Source of the DNA: Candidatus Micrarchaeia archaeon
Lineage (GTDB): Archaea; Micrarchaeota; Micrarchaeia; Burarchaeales; Fermentimicrarchaeaceae
Assembly: GCA_038871515.1 (NCBI GenBank)
Contig: JAVZHX010000001.1
Location: 160,001 to 224,000 of the forward strand
Length of the DNA stretch: 64,000 nt
Direction: 5' to 3'
The notes under the pieces are model-generated. The model was given only the letters and a program-made list of their open reading frames with translations. It searched no databases and was not told the origin of the DNA. Shown one piece after another: positions 62,532-64,000 of this stretch. Within the stretch, counting starts at the first letter, position 1; each line of letters begins with the position of its first letter. The translations under genes were made by a program, and so were the position numbers.

Positions 62532-63242
62532 ATGGCAAAGAAAGGTGGCTCATCTCATATGAAAAGAATTGCATCGCCAAGGTATGTTCCGGTAGCAAGG
62601 AAGGGGAAGGTGTGGGTTGTGAAACCATCACCAGGTCCGCACAGAATTGAGGATGCGGTTGCGTTGGGAGTTGTGCTAAGGGATATTATGCACGTTGCTG
62701 ACTCGGAGAGAGAGGTTAAGAGAGTGCTGACGGAGGGGAATGTGCTTGTTGATGGAAGAGTTGTGCGCGATAGGAAGTTTCCTGTTGGCTTGATGGATGT
62801 GGTGAGCATACCAAAGATGAATAAAAACTACTGGGTTGGAGTTGACAGAAAGGGGAGATTCAAGCTGTTTGAGGTGAAGGATGAGAGAGTGAAATTTAAA
62901 TTATGCAGAGTGGAGGGGAAGAGAACTGTGAAGAAAGGTGCAACCCAGATATCTTTCCATGATGGGAGGACAATCACTGATGGCAGGGAGCTGAGAGTTG
63001 GCGACACGGTGAAGCTTGCAATTCCAAAACAGCAGATTCTGTCTGTTATGAAGCTTGAGCCGAATGCAGTTTGCTTGATAACGAAAGGGATTCATGCCGG
63101 CGAGGTTGCTGTTGTTGAGGAGCTTTATCATAAAACTGGTGCAAAGAAAGCAGAGGCAAAGCTGCGTTCAGGTGAAGAGAGTTTCATAACAGTTAGGGAT
63201 TATGTTTTCGTTGTAGGGGATGAAGCTCAGGTGTTCAAATGA
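62532..63242 (+). CDS. rps4e: Ribosomal protein S4e
   Basis: HMKRIASP, PSPGPH, FPVGLMDV. Confidence 0.96.
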   Translation: MAKKGGSSHMKRIASPRYVPVARKGKVWVVKPSPGPHRIEDAVALGVVLRDIMHVADSEREVKRVLTEGNVLVDGRVVRDRKFPVGLMDVVSIPKMNKNYWVGVDRKGRFKLFEVKDERVKFKLCRVEGKRTVKKGATQISFHDGRTITDGRELRVGDTVKLAIPKQQILSVMKLEPNAVCLITKGIHAGEVAVVEELYHKTGAKKAEAKLRSGEESFITVRDYVFVVGDEAQVFK

Positions 63243-63736
63243 GAGAGATAAAAATTGAGAAAGTCACTGCAAACATAGGAGTTGGAGAGGGAGGGGAGAA
63301 GCTGGAGAGATGCTTAGCTCTGTTAACAAACCTTGCTGGAAGGCAAGCTGTGAAAACGCTTGCAAGGGTGAGAAACCCAACTTTCAAGATAAAGAAGGGT
63401 GATCCGATAGGAGTTAAGGTTACGCTGAGAGGAAAGGAGGCTGAGGAGTTTTTGATGAAGGCGCTTGACGCAGTTGATAAAAAAATAAGCTCAAACTGTT
63501 TTGATGAGCACGGTAACTTTTCATTTGGCGTTAAGGAGTACATTGATTTTCCCGGTGCAAAGTACGACCCAAAGCTTGGGATTGTGGGGTTTGATGTGTG
63601 CGTCACTTTGAAAAGAAAGGGATGGAGGGTTGAGGAGAGAAGGAGAGGAAAAAGCAAAATTGGGGGGAGGCACAGAATAACAAGGGAGGAGGGAATGACG
63701 TTTGCAAAGGAGAAGTTGGGAGTTGAAGTGGTGTGA
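63239..63736 (+). CDS. rpl5: Ribosomal protein L5
   Basis: IGVKVTLRG, GNFSFGVKEYIDFPG. Confidence 0.97.
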   Translation: MREIKIEKVTANIGVGEGGEKLERCLALLTNLAGRQAVKTLARVRNPTFKIKKGDPIGVKVTLRGKEAEEFLMKALDAVDKKISSNCFDEHGNFSFGVKEYIDFPGAKYDPKLGIVGFDVCVTLKRKGWRVEERRRGKSKIGGRHRITREEGMTFAKEKLGVEVV

Positions 63737-63739
63737 GCT

Positions 63740-63916
63740 ATGGGTAAGAAAAAAGTTTCTGAGGAGAAAAGACTGAAGTTGAAGTTTAAGGGGAAGGGTT
63801 TGAGGAAGTGCAAGTTCTGCGGAAATGCTAGGGGAGTGATAAGGAAGTATAGGTTGTATATATGCAGGAGATGTTTCCGGGAGATTGGTGAGAGTATTGG
63901 TTTCAGGAAGTTTTAG
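63740..63916 (+). CDS. rps14: Ribosomal protein S14, not in ORF track
   Basis: CKFCG...ICRRCFREIGESIGFRKF. Confidence 0.95.
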   Translation: MGKKKVSEEKRLKLKFKGKGLRKCKFCGNARGVIRKYRLYICRRCFREIGESIGFRKF

Positions 63917-63924
63917 GTGATGTG

Positions 63925-64000
63925 ATGACAAACGACCCGCTTGCGGATGCGCTTAACACAATAAAAACGCATGAGATGCTGGGAAGAGCAAAATGCACAA
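63925..64000 (+). CDS. rps8: Ribosomal protein S8, partial
   Basis: MTNDPLADALNTIKTHE; expected operon position. Confidence 0.9.
   Translation, partial: MTNDPLADALNTIKTHEMLGRAKCT

Noticed and set aside
56351..64000. Many alternative-frame and antisense ORFs over ribosomal protein genes and elsewhere
   Set aside because: Shadow ORFs of well-supported genes, with no motifs or ribosome-binding sites

Overview
Archaeal chromosomal window, probably DPANN and most like Micrarchaeota. This is an inference from the split RpoB and RpoA, a short Rpo1C, ThyX and a D-loop tRNA intron. Left to right: (1) an ~8.0 kb integrated mobile element (1997-9983) bounded by a 14-bp direct repeat. It is inserted not in a tRNA but in the 3' end of a probable box C/D guide sRNA. 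It encodes a tyrosine integrase, several small regulators, an SSB-like protein, an AAA+ helicase-like protein with internal iteron-like repeats and a Zot/viral-type packaging-like ATPase, but no recognisable capsid, so it is a candidate virus satellite. (2) tdh-kbl, a TPR-AAA ATPase, tadC, a cluster of seven class III signal peptide (type IV pilin) genes and thyX. (3) tRNA-Leu followed by a complete type I-B CRISPR-Cas locus with a probable internally translated Cas11 and a 41-repeat array. (4) Housekeeping genes: rpl40e, tRNA-Thr, glmS, pdxS/pdxT, tRNA-Pro, a sufS-like gene and pdaD. (5) The rpoH-B''-B'-A'-A''-L30e-nusA-S12-S7-EF2 cluster, SRP RNA, an intron-containing tRNA-Ser(GCT) and the S10/spc ribosomal protein cluster running off the right end. 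All family calls are by eye from motifs; no searches were run.
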